From: Nanobdellota archaeon
Lineage (GTDB): Archaea; Nanobdellota; Nanobdellia; Woesearchaeales; DATDXC01
DNA length: 24,756 nt
Assembly (NCBI GenBank): GCA_043826105.1
Contig: JBDRQV010000077.1
Location: forward strand, 1-24,756
Direction of reading: 5' to 3'
The notes beneath the pieces are model-generated. The model worked only from the letters and a program-made list of their open reading frames with translations. It was not told the DNA's origin and did no database searches. Positions within the stretch are counted from its first letter, which is position 1; each line of letters starts with the position of its first letter. The translations under genes were made by a program, and so were the position numbers. Below, in pieces: positions 1 through 8,244 of this stretch.

Positions 1-1
1 C

Positions 2-127
2 GATTATGATCTTTACAAAAAAACTTACAGATTGACAGATAAATTCAACAAAGATATGCTTAGAATAGGATTAATGTGGTTGCAAGAATTTAGAAAAAAC
101 CCCCATGAAATAAAGAAGAATGCTTAA
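2..127 (+). CDS. 3' end of a CDS running in from the left edge (DYDLYKKTYRLTDKFNKDMLRIGLMWLQEFRKNPHEIKKNA*), function unknown
   Basis: Hand translation: open frame from base 2 to TAA at 125-127, followed immediately by a GC-rich hairpin. Confidence 0.6.
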   Translation, partial: DYDLYKKTYRLTDKFNKDMLRIGLMWLQEFRKNPHEIKKNA

Positions 128-129
128 CC

Positions 130-423
130 GGTCCCCTGAGAACCTTCTTCTTGAAAACCACCCCCCACAATCAAGATTTCAGGGGACCATTCCTTTCCTT
201 TAGGGAAAAAGAGGTGAACGAAACAAAGCCTTGCTTTGTTTCGAGATCACATGAACTGGAGAGCGAATTTGCTCCAGTTCAATTTCATACTTGAAATGTC
301 AGAAATCGAATATTTCTGATCATGCTCAAAAATATGTCTGTTAAGGACATATTTTAGACAGGCGAAAACCGGAGCGTAAAGCTTCGATATCACTGGGCTG
401 GAGAGCGAATTTGCTCCAGCCCA
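130..423. repeat. Array of about nine tandem palindromes/hairpins (REP/BIME-like element or structured ncRNA)
   Basis: Stems read directly: 130-139/179-188, 219-229/233-243, 252-261/272-281, 282-287/292-297, 299-306/312-319, 329-338/346-355, 370-375/381-386 (one G-U), 394-403/414-423; degenerate stem ~192-214. The 22-nt core CTGGAGAGCGAATTTGCTCCAG occurs at 256-277 and 398-419. Confidence 0.85.
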
Positions 424-438
424 TTCTCACTATCAAAA

Positions 439-546
439 ATGAAGCAATTTAATAAATTAGGGATTGTAATACTAACAGTGATAGTTAGCCTGATCTTAAA
501 AAATTATGATTATCTATTCAATACAATGGCAGTAGTCCTGGATTAG
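439..546 (+). CDS. Possible 35-aa single-TM peptide (MKQFNKLGIVILTVIVSLILKNYDYLFNTMAVVLD)
   Basis: Hand translation ATG 439 to TAG 546; basic N-terminus followed by a hydrophobic run. Below the ORF-track cutoff and may be spurious. Confidence 0.3.
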   Translation: MKQFNKLGIVILTVIVSLILKNYDYLFNTMAVVLD

Positions 547-581
547 AAAGTTTTTTATTCTGATATGATTCCATTCTAAAA

Positions 582-1109
582 ATGGCAAAACTCACTGAAA
601 AAAAAGCTATTGAACTATTAAAAAAATACTCTAAAGACAAAAAGTCTTTTGATATAGTGCTGGCACATTCTAAAACAGTACAAAAGACTGCATTAGAGAT
701 CGCAGAAGATATACCCTCTATAGATACAGAATATATAATGATGGGCAGCCTGCTGCATGACATCGGAAGATTTGATACATGGCCAAATAATAATGAGAAA
801 CACGGGATAAAAGGTGCAGAGATCTTAAGGAATGAAAACCTTCCAGAATTTGCAAGATTAGCAGAAAGGCATTTAGGAGCAGGCATATCTAAAGAAGATA
901 TACTAGAACAAGGTTTAGATTTGCCTTTAAAAGACTACCTCCCCATAACAAAAGAAGAAAAGATTATCACTCATGCAGACAATCTGACAGAAGGAGCCAA
1001 AAGAATCTCTTTAAAAGAGACAATAGCAAGGTTTGAGAAAGAGCTAGGAAAAAAAGCAGCAAATAAGGTAAAGAGATTAGCAGAAGAAGTAGAAAATATG
1101 AAAAAATAA
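582..1109 (+). CDS. HD-domain metal-dependent phosphohydrolase (HDIG, archaeal TIGR00295-like)
   Basis: H...LLHDIGR, HGIKGAEIL, ERHLGAGI, HADN motifs. Confidence 0.88.
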   Translation: MAKLTEKKAIELLKKYSKDKKSFDIVLAHSKTVQKTALEIAEDIPSIDTEYIMMGSLLHDIGRFDTWPNNNEKHGIKGAEILRNENLPEFARLAERHLGAGISKEDILEQGLDLPLKDYLPITKEEKIITHADNLTEGAKRISLKETIARFEKELGKKAANKVKRLAEEVENMKK

Positions 1110-1148
1110 ATCGTTTTGCCAATAAATCTATTTTCAATCATAACAAAA

Positions 1149-1185
1149 TTTATAAACCAAATCAAATAAATCAGATAAAGGTGAT
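1149..1185 (+). promoter_or_regulatory. TATA box (TTTATAAA 1149-1156) and Shine-Dalgarno AGGTGAT (1179-1185) for the 1191 gene
   Basis: A-rich BRE-like stretch before the TATA; GGTGAT ends 5 nt before ATG 1191. Confidence 0.65.
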
Positions 1186-1190
1186 AAAAC

Positions 1191-1448
1191 ATGCCAGAAG
1201 ATGAGATTGAAGGAGATGATGATATTTATTCAGAAGATGTTAGGGAAGACCTAGTGGATAGTGGTGCTATGAGTCCAGAAGAAGCGGGTTTTATGGCAGG
1301 CGCACACGACGACGGTCAGGGAGCCAAATGCAGAAAATGCGGCAGGCCTCTATCAGACGACTTTATCGAAAGAAGAGGAGATGACAGCGAAATATATCGA
1401 TTCTGTTCTGACGAATGCTGTGAAGAATATTTTAATAAGAAAGATTAA
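1191..1448 (+). CDS. Small acidic protein with C-terminal Zn finger (CxxC...FCSxxCC; TRASH/MYM-like)
   Basis: CRKCGRPL and FCSDECCEEY motifs; strongly D/E-rich N-terminal half; strong SD. Confidence 0.75.
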   Translation: MPEDEIEGDDDIYSEDVREDLVDSGAMSPEEAGFMAGAHDDGQGAKCRKCGRPLSDDFIERRGDDSEIYRFCSDECCEEYFNKKD

Positions 1449-1475
1449 TAAATATTGAGTTCAATAAATGCCTAT

Positions 1476-2342
1476 ATGCAGAAAAAAGGGCAGGTTGTCG
1501 CAGTATTCGCTATTGTTGGGATATTATTAGTATTCATATTTGCTATTATCCTCCAATTAAGGTTAGACTTGGTAGAATATAACTTAGAAAGATCAAAAAT
1601 AAGCATATCTTCTACACAGCACGACTTGATTTTCTTAAACACCTATTTTGAGGATTGTCTGGAGCAAGTAAGTAAAAAAGCAATCTTATTGACTGCCCAC
1701 CAAGGAGGATATATCGATACATCAGATGATATGATCCATGGAGATTATGGTGAAAGTGAATACATACAAGAAGACGGTTATAATCTGCCTTATTATTTAA
1801 ATGGGTCAGAAAAATACACAATTCCTTTAGATGAGATCGAGGAGAAAATTGCCAGATACGCAGTAGTTGAATTTGAAAGATGTATCAACAAAAGTATTCT
1901 GAAAAACCTAGGCTTTGATGTTGAACTGCCTTCTGTTGATTATGCAGCTGCTATGTTCAATTTTAATGTTTTAGATGTGAACAGTAATGTAACTATAAAT
2001 CAGGACGACATAAGAGTACACATAGACTATCCTATTAATATATCTAAAGGAAAATCAAAGATAACCATGGATAAATTTTCTGTAGAGATCCCATCAAGAT
2101 TAAGCAATATCTCACACATTGTACTTCCCATATTGAGGAGCATCGTATTAGACTACCCGGATCCCACAATAAATGATTATTTCTGTAAGAATGTAACTTA
2201 TCTAGAGAATAGTATTTATGCTGGGCTGATAAATATCTCAGCAATACATGAGGTAGGTAAGGAATACAAGATAAAATTTATTGGAGAAGAGCCAATATTG
2301 CAGTTTGCTGTAAAGAACGTCAACATAACTTGTACTGATTAA
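1476..2342 (+). CDS. Surface glycoprotein with class III (archaeal pilin-like) signal peptide
   Basis: MQKKGQ followed by a hydrophobic helix (ATG 1476 preferred over TTG 1455); 8 N-X-S/T sequons; QGGY motif; 4 Cys. Confidence 0.75.
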   Translation: MQKKGQVVAVFAIVGILLVFIFAIILQLRLDLVEYNLERSKISISSTQHDLIFLNTYFEDCLEQVSKKAILLTAHQGGYIDTSDDMIHGDYGESEYIQEDGYNLPYYLNGSEKYTIPLDEIEEKIARYAVVEFERCINKSILKNLGFDVELPSVDYAAAMFNFNVLDVNSNVTINQDDIRVHIDYPINISKGKSKITMDKFSVEIPSRLSNISHIVLPILRSIVLDYPDPTINDYFCKNVTYLENSIYAGLINISAIHEVGKEYKIKFIGEEPILQFAVKNVNITCTD

Positions 2343-2343
2343 G

Positions 2344-2490
2344 ATGCAGGAAGAATTTGAAAAACTAAAAAAGAAGATTAAAGAAAAATTTGAACAGACA
2401 TTTGAAGTAGATGGCGGAGACATACCTGTTCATGAAAGATACGTCAAAGATGAAGACATAAGGACTTTAAAGAAAAAGAAGAGATTATAA
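2344..2490 (+). CDS. 48-aa charged hypothetical protein (MQEEFEKLKKKIKEKFEQTFEVDGGDIPVHERYVKDEDIRTLKKKKRL)
   Basis: Hand translation; starts 1 nt after the upstream stop, fills the gap exactly, and its TAA overlaps the rsmI stop in the palindrome TTATAA (2485-2490). Confidence 0.55.
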   Translation: MQEEFEKLKKKIKEKFEQTFEVDGGDIPVHERYVKDEDIRTLKKKKRL

Positions 2491-3147
2491 TTTGTTGATA
2501 ACTATCGTGATTTCACCTTTAACAGTCCTGTCTTTTAATCTGGAATAGACATCTTTTGCCTTTCCTCTTATGAACTCTTCAAACTTTTTAGTCATCTCTC
2601 TCGCAACGCATATCTCTCTTTCAGGCATCATTTCAGACATCAATTTTAATGTCTTGATTATCCTGTATGGGCTTTCATATATGATTGCTGTCTTATTTTC
2701 TATAGACTTAAAAAGATCCATCTTAGCTTTCTCTTTCTTAGGTAAAAATCCATAGAATACAAACGAATCTGTTGCAAATCCAGACGCAATAAGGCCAGTT
2801 ATAGCAGCCGTAGCTCCTGGTACAGGAACAATCTCGATATCATTCTTTATCGCTTCCCTTATCAGGTAAAATCCAGGATCTGAGATGCCTGGTGTTCCAG
2901 AATCAGAGATAATTGAAATCTTTTTATTTTCCTTCAGATGGTCGAGAATATGGACTGTCTTTTTTTCTTTATTGAAATCATTGAACGATACTACTCTTTT
3001 GCCTATTATGCCATAATGGTTTAACAAGACAGAACTCCTCCTTGTATCTTCAGCTAAGATGATATCAGATTCTTTCAGAACATCTAATGCTCTTAATGTT
3101 ATATCTTTTAGATTTCCGATCGGAGTAGAAACAATATATAATGGCAT
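2485..3147 (-). CDS. rsmI: 16S rRNA (cytidine(1402)-2'-O)-methyltransferase
   Basis: LYIVSTPIGNLKDITLRA, AEDTR, SDSGTPGISDPG, VPGATA, YESPYR, REMTKKFEE, KGEITIVI motifs. Confidence 0.95.
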   Translation of the reverse strand: MPLYIVSTPIGNLKDITLRALDVLKESDIILAEDTRRSSVLLNHYGIIGKRVVSFNDFNKEKKTVHILDHLKENKKISIISDSGTPGISDPGFYLIREAIKNDIEIVPVPGATAAITGLIASGFATDSFVFYGFLPKKEKAKMDLFKSIENKTAIIYESPYRIIKTLKLMSEMMPEREICVAREMTKKFEEFIRGKAKDVYSRLKDRTVKGEITIVINKL

Positions 3148-3148
3148 T

Positions 3149-4912
3149 TTAATCTAGCACAGCCTTTATCCTTCTTACGCCAGCAGCAACACTCTCTTCT
3201 TTCTTTATCTTAAAGTGGCCCAATTCTTTGGTATTATCCACATGCGGTCCGCCGCATATTTCGATAGACTTATCCCCTATAGAATAAACAAATACCTTAT
3301 CACCATACTTATGCTCAAACACACCCTGTGCTCCTTTTTTCTTTGCTTCTTCAACAGTCATCTCTTTACACTGGACAGGCAATTCTTCTTTAATCCTTTG
3401 GTTCACCCATTCTTCAACTTTATCTAATTCATCCCTCTCCACTTTTCTGTCAAAATTAAAGTCAAATCTCAATCGTTCAGCAGTTATATTAGATCCTTTT
3501 TGAAATATGTCTGGCTTTCCTAAAACCTCTCTCAATGCTTGGTTCAATAGATGAGTCGCAGTATGTAATCTCTTTGTTTCCTCTCCAGAATCTGCCAAAC
3601 CACCTTTAAATTTCTTTTCAGCACCTATTCTGCTCAACTCTTGGTGTTTTTTAAATTCTTCTTCAAAACCCCTGACATCAACAGATATTCCTTTCTCATC
3701 AGCTAATTCTTTAGTTACTTCTATTGGAAAACCAAAACTTTGAAACAGCAAAAATGCCTCTTTTGCAGATATTTTTTTATCAGTAGCCATAACCTCAAAC
3801 TTTCTTAATCCTTTTTCTAATGTGTTTCTGAACTTTTCATCTTCTTTTTTTAACTCATCTAAAATAAACTCCTTATTTTTCTTAAGTTCACTATATTCTT
3901 CACCATGTATCTTAACAACAATCTTAGCAAGTTCAGTCAAAAACTCTTTATCAATGCCGAGTAGATTTCCATGTCTGATACATCTTCTGATAAATCTTCT
4001 TAATATATATCCTTGATCTAGATTAGAAGGAACAATTCCTAGATCATCTCCTAATATAAAAGTAGATGCACGAATGTGATCTGTTATGATCCTGATAGAC
4101 TGTTCTTGTTTCTCATCAGCATTAGTAATTTTAGCCAATTCCTTTATTTTCTCGATTATAGGTTTAAAAGTTTCAATTTCATAAACATTTTTCTTTCCTG
4201 CTAACATAGCTATTGTTCTTTCAACACCCATTCCAGTATCAACATTCTGCTGTTTTAATTTCTCAAACTTTCCATCTGCAACTTTATTATATTCTAAGAA
4301 AACATCATTCCATATCTCAAAATACTTACCGCAACCACATCCAGGAATGCATCCATCAGAGCATTTTTCAATTCCAGTATCGATAAACATTTCAGTACAA
4401 GGTCCGCATGGTCCGGTTGTACCGGCAGGACCCCACCAATTATCTTCTTTTGGTAAAAAATAAATTCGTTCTTCAGGAATACCCAATGATCTCCAGATAG
4501 AGGCAGACTCATCATCTTTAGGGGCATCATGATCCCCTTCAAATACAGTAACAGATAACTTATCAGAATCAAACCCTAAAACCTTTGTCAAAAATTCAAA
4601 ACTCCACTCGATAGCTTCTTTTTTAAAATAATCTCCTAGTGACCAATTTCCAAGCATCTCAAAAAAAGTTAAGTGGGATGGATCTCCAACATTATCAATA
4701 TCCACAGTCCTTATACATTTTTGGACATCAGCCAATCTTTTTCCCTGCGGATGTGGCTGGCCCATCAAAAACGGAACTAATGGGTGCATACCTGCTGTAG
4801 TGAACAATACAGTCGGATCATGCTCAGGTATAAGTGATGCAGATGGTATTATAGCATGCTGTTTCTTTTTAAAAAATTCAAGATACTTTCTTTTAAGTTC
4901 TTTTGAGTCCAT
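3149..4912 (-). CDS. alaS: Alanine--tRNA ligase, short form lacking the C-Ala domain
   Basis: LFTTAGMHPL, QKCIR, TFFEMLGNWSLGDYFK, GPCGPCTE, DTGMGVER, DHIRA, GYILRR; editing motifs HTATH and CGGPH; ends at GVRRIKAV. Confidence 0.97.
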   Translation of the reverse strand: MDSKELKRKYLEFFKKKQHAIIPSASLIPEHDPTVLFTTAGMHPLVPFLMGQPHPQGKRLADVQKCIRTVDIDNVGDPSHLTFFEMLGNWSLGDYFKKEAIEWSFEFLTKVLGFDSDKLSVTVFEGDHDAPKDDESASIWRSLGIPEERIYFLPKEDNWWGPAGTTGPCGPCTEMFIDTGIEKCSDGCIPGCGCGKYFEIWNDVFLEYNKVADGKFEKLKQQNVDTGMGVERTIAMLAGKKNVYEIETFKPIIEKIKELAKITNADEKQEQSIRIITDHIRASTFILGDDLGIVPSNLDQGYILRRFIRRCIRHGNLLGIDKEFLTELAKIVVKIHGEEYSELKKNKEFILDELKKEDEKFRNTLEKGLRKFEVMATDKKISAKEAFLLFQSFGFPIEVTKELADEKGISVDVRGFEEEFKKHQELSRIGAEKKFKGGLADSGEETKRLHTATHLLNQALREVLGKPDIFQKGSNITAERLRFDFNFDRKVERDELDKVEEWVNQRIKEELPVQCKEMTVEEAKKKGAQGVFEHKYGDKVFVYSIGDKSIEICGGPHVDNTKELGHFKIKKEESVAAGVRRIKAVLD

Positions 4913-4934
4913 AACAAAATAGATTTCTGCCCGA

Positions 4935-4949
4935 TTTTTAAAGTTTTTG
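4935..4949 (-). promoter_or_regulatory. BRE/TATA promoter of alaS (CAAAAAC TTTAAAAA); probable leaderless mRNA
   Basis: TATA ends 23 nt upstream of ATG 4912; no SD. Confidence 0.55.
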
Positions 4950-5007
4950 ATTAATAGCTCGTATAATATCCAAAGATTTATATATTTCTTAAATTATAAT
5001 TATAAAA

Positions 5008-5631
5008 ATGATATTCTTTAAGAAACGTAAGTTAAAAAATAAGTTAACTACTCAGCTAAATTTGATTGAATCAGAAAGAGATAGGATTATAGGCCTTACC
5101 CAAAGATAGAATACCCTTCGTTATGATAGGGATTATCGTAATAAACTTCTTTTAACAGACTATAGTGCCCATAAAAAAATCGATAGTTTTAAGGAAATGG
5201 GTGAGGTAGCTGTTCAATTAAGAACATTACTAAAAGAGATACTATCAGATGAAGTCGTAACTAACCACATAATTGATAAATATAAAGTGACTGATCTTTT
5301 TATATATCATATAGGGACAGGAGTGATAAGCAGAGATATACATGATTTGCGAAAACAATTAATGAAGGACCAACAATTAGAAATAGAGCTAAAAAGATCA
5401 GAGGTAAGTATTCTAAATATACTAAAATTAGCTATTAAAAACACTATTAAATTTCAACGTAGATGTTTTGAGATAAAACAAGATGATAGAAATAACGAGT
5501 TTAGAGCATGGGTTGCTTTTTTATATCATGCACTACAATGTATAGATAGGGAGCTAGCTAATATATATAGTAAACAATATCAAGAAATTAACGATATCAA
5601 AAAACAATTAAAAGAGCTAGATAAAAAATAA
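5008..5631 (+). pseudogene. AT-rich hypothetical ORF of 207 codons interrupted by a single in-frame TAG (5107-5109); the 144-aa downstream part starts at ATG 5197
   Basis: ATG 5008 is in frame with ATG 5197 (63 codons apart) with only one stop between; TATA-like sequences lie upstream of 5008. Confidence 0.55.
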
Positions 5632-5674
5632 ATTATTGTATCAGTTTTATAATCTCAATTTTTCTTCTTTAGCT

Positions 5675-6040
5675 CTATTTTCCGCCATGTACATAATAAA
5701 TATAGAAATTAAGCGAGAACAACCACCATGCTATCAATATGGTATATGTGATGTAGACACTACCAATCAAAGCATGAAACAACCCATAAGAAGCTAATAA
5801 TACAAATATAAAGAACCTCAATTGAGGATGAAGTATTATATGCGTAAAATTATCGAACTTATACTTCTTTTTTGTCTTAAACTGATGATATGACAATACA
5901 GCAGTGTACAATATCCAAAAACACAGTCCAAAAAAGATAAACACCTCATGTACAAACATCCTGCCGACAATGCTCAGAAATATCACAATACTTATCAATA
6001 TCATATACTCTTTTGGATGTTTTTCTGGCAAATACACCAT
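5675..6040 (-). CDS. Small multi-pass membrane protein (about 4 TM), unknown function
   Basis: Hydrophobic segments separated by a KTKKKYK loop; TATA-like sequence ~23 nt upstream. Confidence 0.75.
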   Translation of the reverse strand: MVYLPEKHPKEYMILISIVIFLSIVGRMFVHEVFIFFGLCFWILYTAVLSYHQFKTKKKYKFDNFTHIILHPQLRFFIFVLLASYGLFHALIGSVYITYTILIAWWLFSLNFYIYYVHGGK

Positions 6041-6112
6041 AATTCCATATCAAACAAAGAAGTATTTATATTTATCGATATATTTTAAAATAAGATGACA
6101 TTAATCTTAAAA

Positions 6113-7015
6113 ATGGATTTCAAAAACAAGATCATGTTAGCACCTTTAGCAGGCGTAAACAACATTGCATTTAGAAAGCTCTGCACAGACTTTGGAGCAG
6201 ACATAGTGTATTCCCAGATGATAGCTTCTAAAGCATTTATCAAAGGAAATATCAAGATGGCAGATTTCTACGATGAAAAAAATGTCATAGCTCAGTTTTT
6301 CGGAAATGACCCAAAAGAACTTACAAAATGTGCAACACAGATACAAGATAAAGTCCAGGCAATAGACATCAATATGGGATGTCCTCACTCAGATGTTGTT
6401 CAGGCCAAATGCGGATCCTACCTGATGAAATATCCTAAAAAGATTGAGGCAATTGTAAAAGAACTTGTAAAAAACCTTAAGATACCATTGACTGTAAAGA
6501 TAAGGGCAGGCTTTGACAAAGAACATATAAATGCAGTAAAGATAGCTAAGATCTGCGAAAAGCAAGGGGCAGCTGCAATCGCAGTGCATGGCAGGCCAAG
6601 AACCGTAAGCTATAAGCAGCCAGTTGACTATAATATAATAAAACAAGTTAAAGATGCAGTAACCATTCCAGTTATAGGTAACGGAGATATTTTTGAAGGA
6701 AAAGATGCAGAGATCATGTATGAAGATACAGGATGTGATTCTGTTATGGTCGCAAGAGGAGCAATAGGCAGACCATGGATATTCAAAGAGATAAAAGATT
6801 ATTTTAAAGGCAATCGATCAAAAGAGATAGATGTTAAGAAAGTATTTGATAAATATCTGAAATATTGTAAAAAATATAATGTAGAATTCTTAGACGTAAA
6901 AGTTCATGCCCAATGGATGACCAAAGGACTGATGGGCGGCAGAGAGATAAGGAATAGCATAAATTCTTCAAAAGACATCGATGGATTAAAGGAAATATAC
7001 TCTTCAATCCAATAA
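6113..7015 (+). CDS. dus: tRNA-dihydrouridine synthase (DusB/NifR3-like)
   Basis: LAPLAG, QFFG, DINMGCP (catalytic Cys), TVKIRAG, AVHGR, IGNGDI, VMVARGAIGRPW. ATG 6113 preferred; ATG 6095 is the alternative. Confidence 0.93.
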   Translation: MDFKNKIMLAPLAGVNNIAFRKLCTDFGADIVYSQMIASKAFIKGNIKMADFYDEKNVIAQFFGNDPKELTKCATQIQDKVQAIDINMGCPHSDVVQAKCGSYLMKYPKKIEAIVKELVKNLKIPLTVKIRAGFDKEHINAVKIAKICEKQGAAAIAVHGRPRTVSYKQPVDYNIIKQVKDAVTIPVIGNGDIFEGKDAEIMYEDTGCDSVMVARGAIGRPWIFKEIKDYFKGNRSKEIDVKKVFDKYLKYCKKYNVEFLDVKVHAQWMTKGLMGGREIRNSINSSKDIDGLKEIYSSIQ

Positions 7016-7055
7016 AATCGATAATTTTTTATATGGTCGTATCTAAAATCATATT

Positions 7056-7475
7056 ATGGAGCTTATATATAATCAATTATTTAAATTATTGGCAGCTGTT
7101 CTCCTAAGCAGTTTTATAGGTCTTGAAAGAGAACTAAAACACAAGCCCGCAGGTGTCAAGACCCATGTTCTTGTTTGCGTAGGTGCTACGCTTGTGACCC
7201 TATTGGCTGTCAATCCTATTGTTGGAGAAGTGCCAAGAATAATGGCAGCAATAATCACAGGTATGGGGTTTATAGGGGCAGGTGCAATAATAGCTCATGG
7301 CTCAGAACATGTTCGTGGCCTTACAACAGCAGCTTCGTTGTGGATTGTAGCTAGCCTAGGGATAGCGATAGGACTCGGTTTCTACATTCTGGGAGTTATC
7401 ACCGCGATAATAATACTTGTAACATTGTATTTCGGTGAAATAATCGAAAAGAGATTAGCTAAAAGATACCCTTAA
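7056..7475 (+). CDS. MgtC/SapB family membrane protein (N-terminal TM domain only)
   Basis: IGLERE, PAGVKTH, IITGMGFIGAGAII, GLTTAASLW motifs. Confidence 0.92.
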   Translation: MELIYNQLFKLLAAVLLSSFIGLERELKHKPAGVKTHVLVCVGATLVTLLAVNPIVGEVPRIMAAIITGMGFIGAGAIIAHGSEHVRGLTTAASLWIVASLGIAIGLGFYILGVITAIIILVTLYFGEIIEKRLAKRYP

Positions 7476-7496
7476 TATAATATTTGCAATATACTA

Positions 7497-8243
7497 TCAG
7501 AATAATTTCTCCAGAATATCTAATGTATATAGTATAGCGGCATGTGTCTGCTGTTTTGTAGGTTTGAACGCTTCCTTCTTTGTATGCACTGAAAATATCC
7601 TAACCTGGTTCAATAGATGTACCTGATTTGTCAGTGCAGGATCTAATGCAACATTCTTGTCTTTAAGTTTGGCAATTATGTTTCCCAAGCCTATCCCCGG
7701 GCTCTTCTCCAATAGGTCATTGTTAGTAGATTCATAATATTTTCTATGCAGCGCTGTCTCTAATAATCTACCGCATAAGATGATAGAGCTCCTATAACAT
7801 TCATTATTAAAGCATTTATTCAGCTCTATCAGGTCAGCCTTGATCTCAGATTTTATCTCTGCAGGCACATTAGCCCTAAGGATAAATGTCTGTACGATCG
7901 CTTCTTTAGGATAGTTCAGCTGCTTAGTCAAATCAATAAGTTTAGCAGTTACCTTGTTAAGTTGATTCAGATCTTTTACATCTAATTCAGGTATTGACTC
8001 TAAGATACTAGTCACAACAGGTTCATTCCTGTGGTCAAACTTAAGCAAAGCAGGCAGCTGCAATGAATCTGACTTTACCATCTTAAGGTTAGACTTAAGA
8101 TTATTGGAATAATATATCTTCTGTTTTTCAGAAAAATCATAGATCGCTTTCTCTTCATCCAGTTTTTTATTCGGATCCAGGTTGTTTTTGATAGCTAAAG
8201 AGATAGCGTTCTGCAGATTCACCAGATTTTTTTGTAATGTCAT
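7497..8243 (-). CDS. DUF4145 (HEPN-like) domain protein
   Basis: C-terminal CYRSSIILCGRLLETAL helix and R-x4-H (RIFSVH, 7584-7601); starts 1 nt after the nreA stop. Confidence 0.7.
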   Translation of the reverse strand: MTLQKNLVNLQNAISLAIKNNLDPNKKLDEEKAIYDFSEKQKIYYSNNLKSNLKMVKSDSLQLPALLKFDHRNEPVVTSILESIPELDVKDLNQLNKVTAKLIDLTKQLNYPKEAIVQTFILRANVPAEIKSEIKADLIELNKCFNNECYRSSIILCGRLLETALHRKYYESTNNDLLEKSPGIGLGNIIAKLKDKNVALDPALTNQVHLLNQVRIFSVHTKKEAFKPTKQQTHAAILYTLDILEKLF

Positions 8244-8244
8244 T

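Noticed and set aside
130-188. Hairpin after a CDS end as a DGR cis-element
   Set aside because: No reverse transcriptase, and no template/variable repeat pair with adenine-specific mismatches in the window.
256-419. Duplicated palindromic 22-mer as a CRISPR repeat
   Set aside because: Only two copies, 142 nt apart, separated by further hairpins rather than a 30-45 nt spacer; no cas genes.
5107-5109. Genome-wide amber (TAG) reassignment
   Set aside because: TAG terminates pgk, DUF4130, the 22137 gene and the 5675 gene at sensible positions; no other gene has internal stops.
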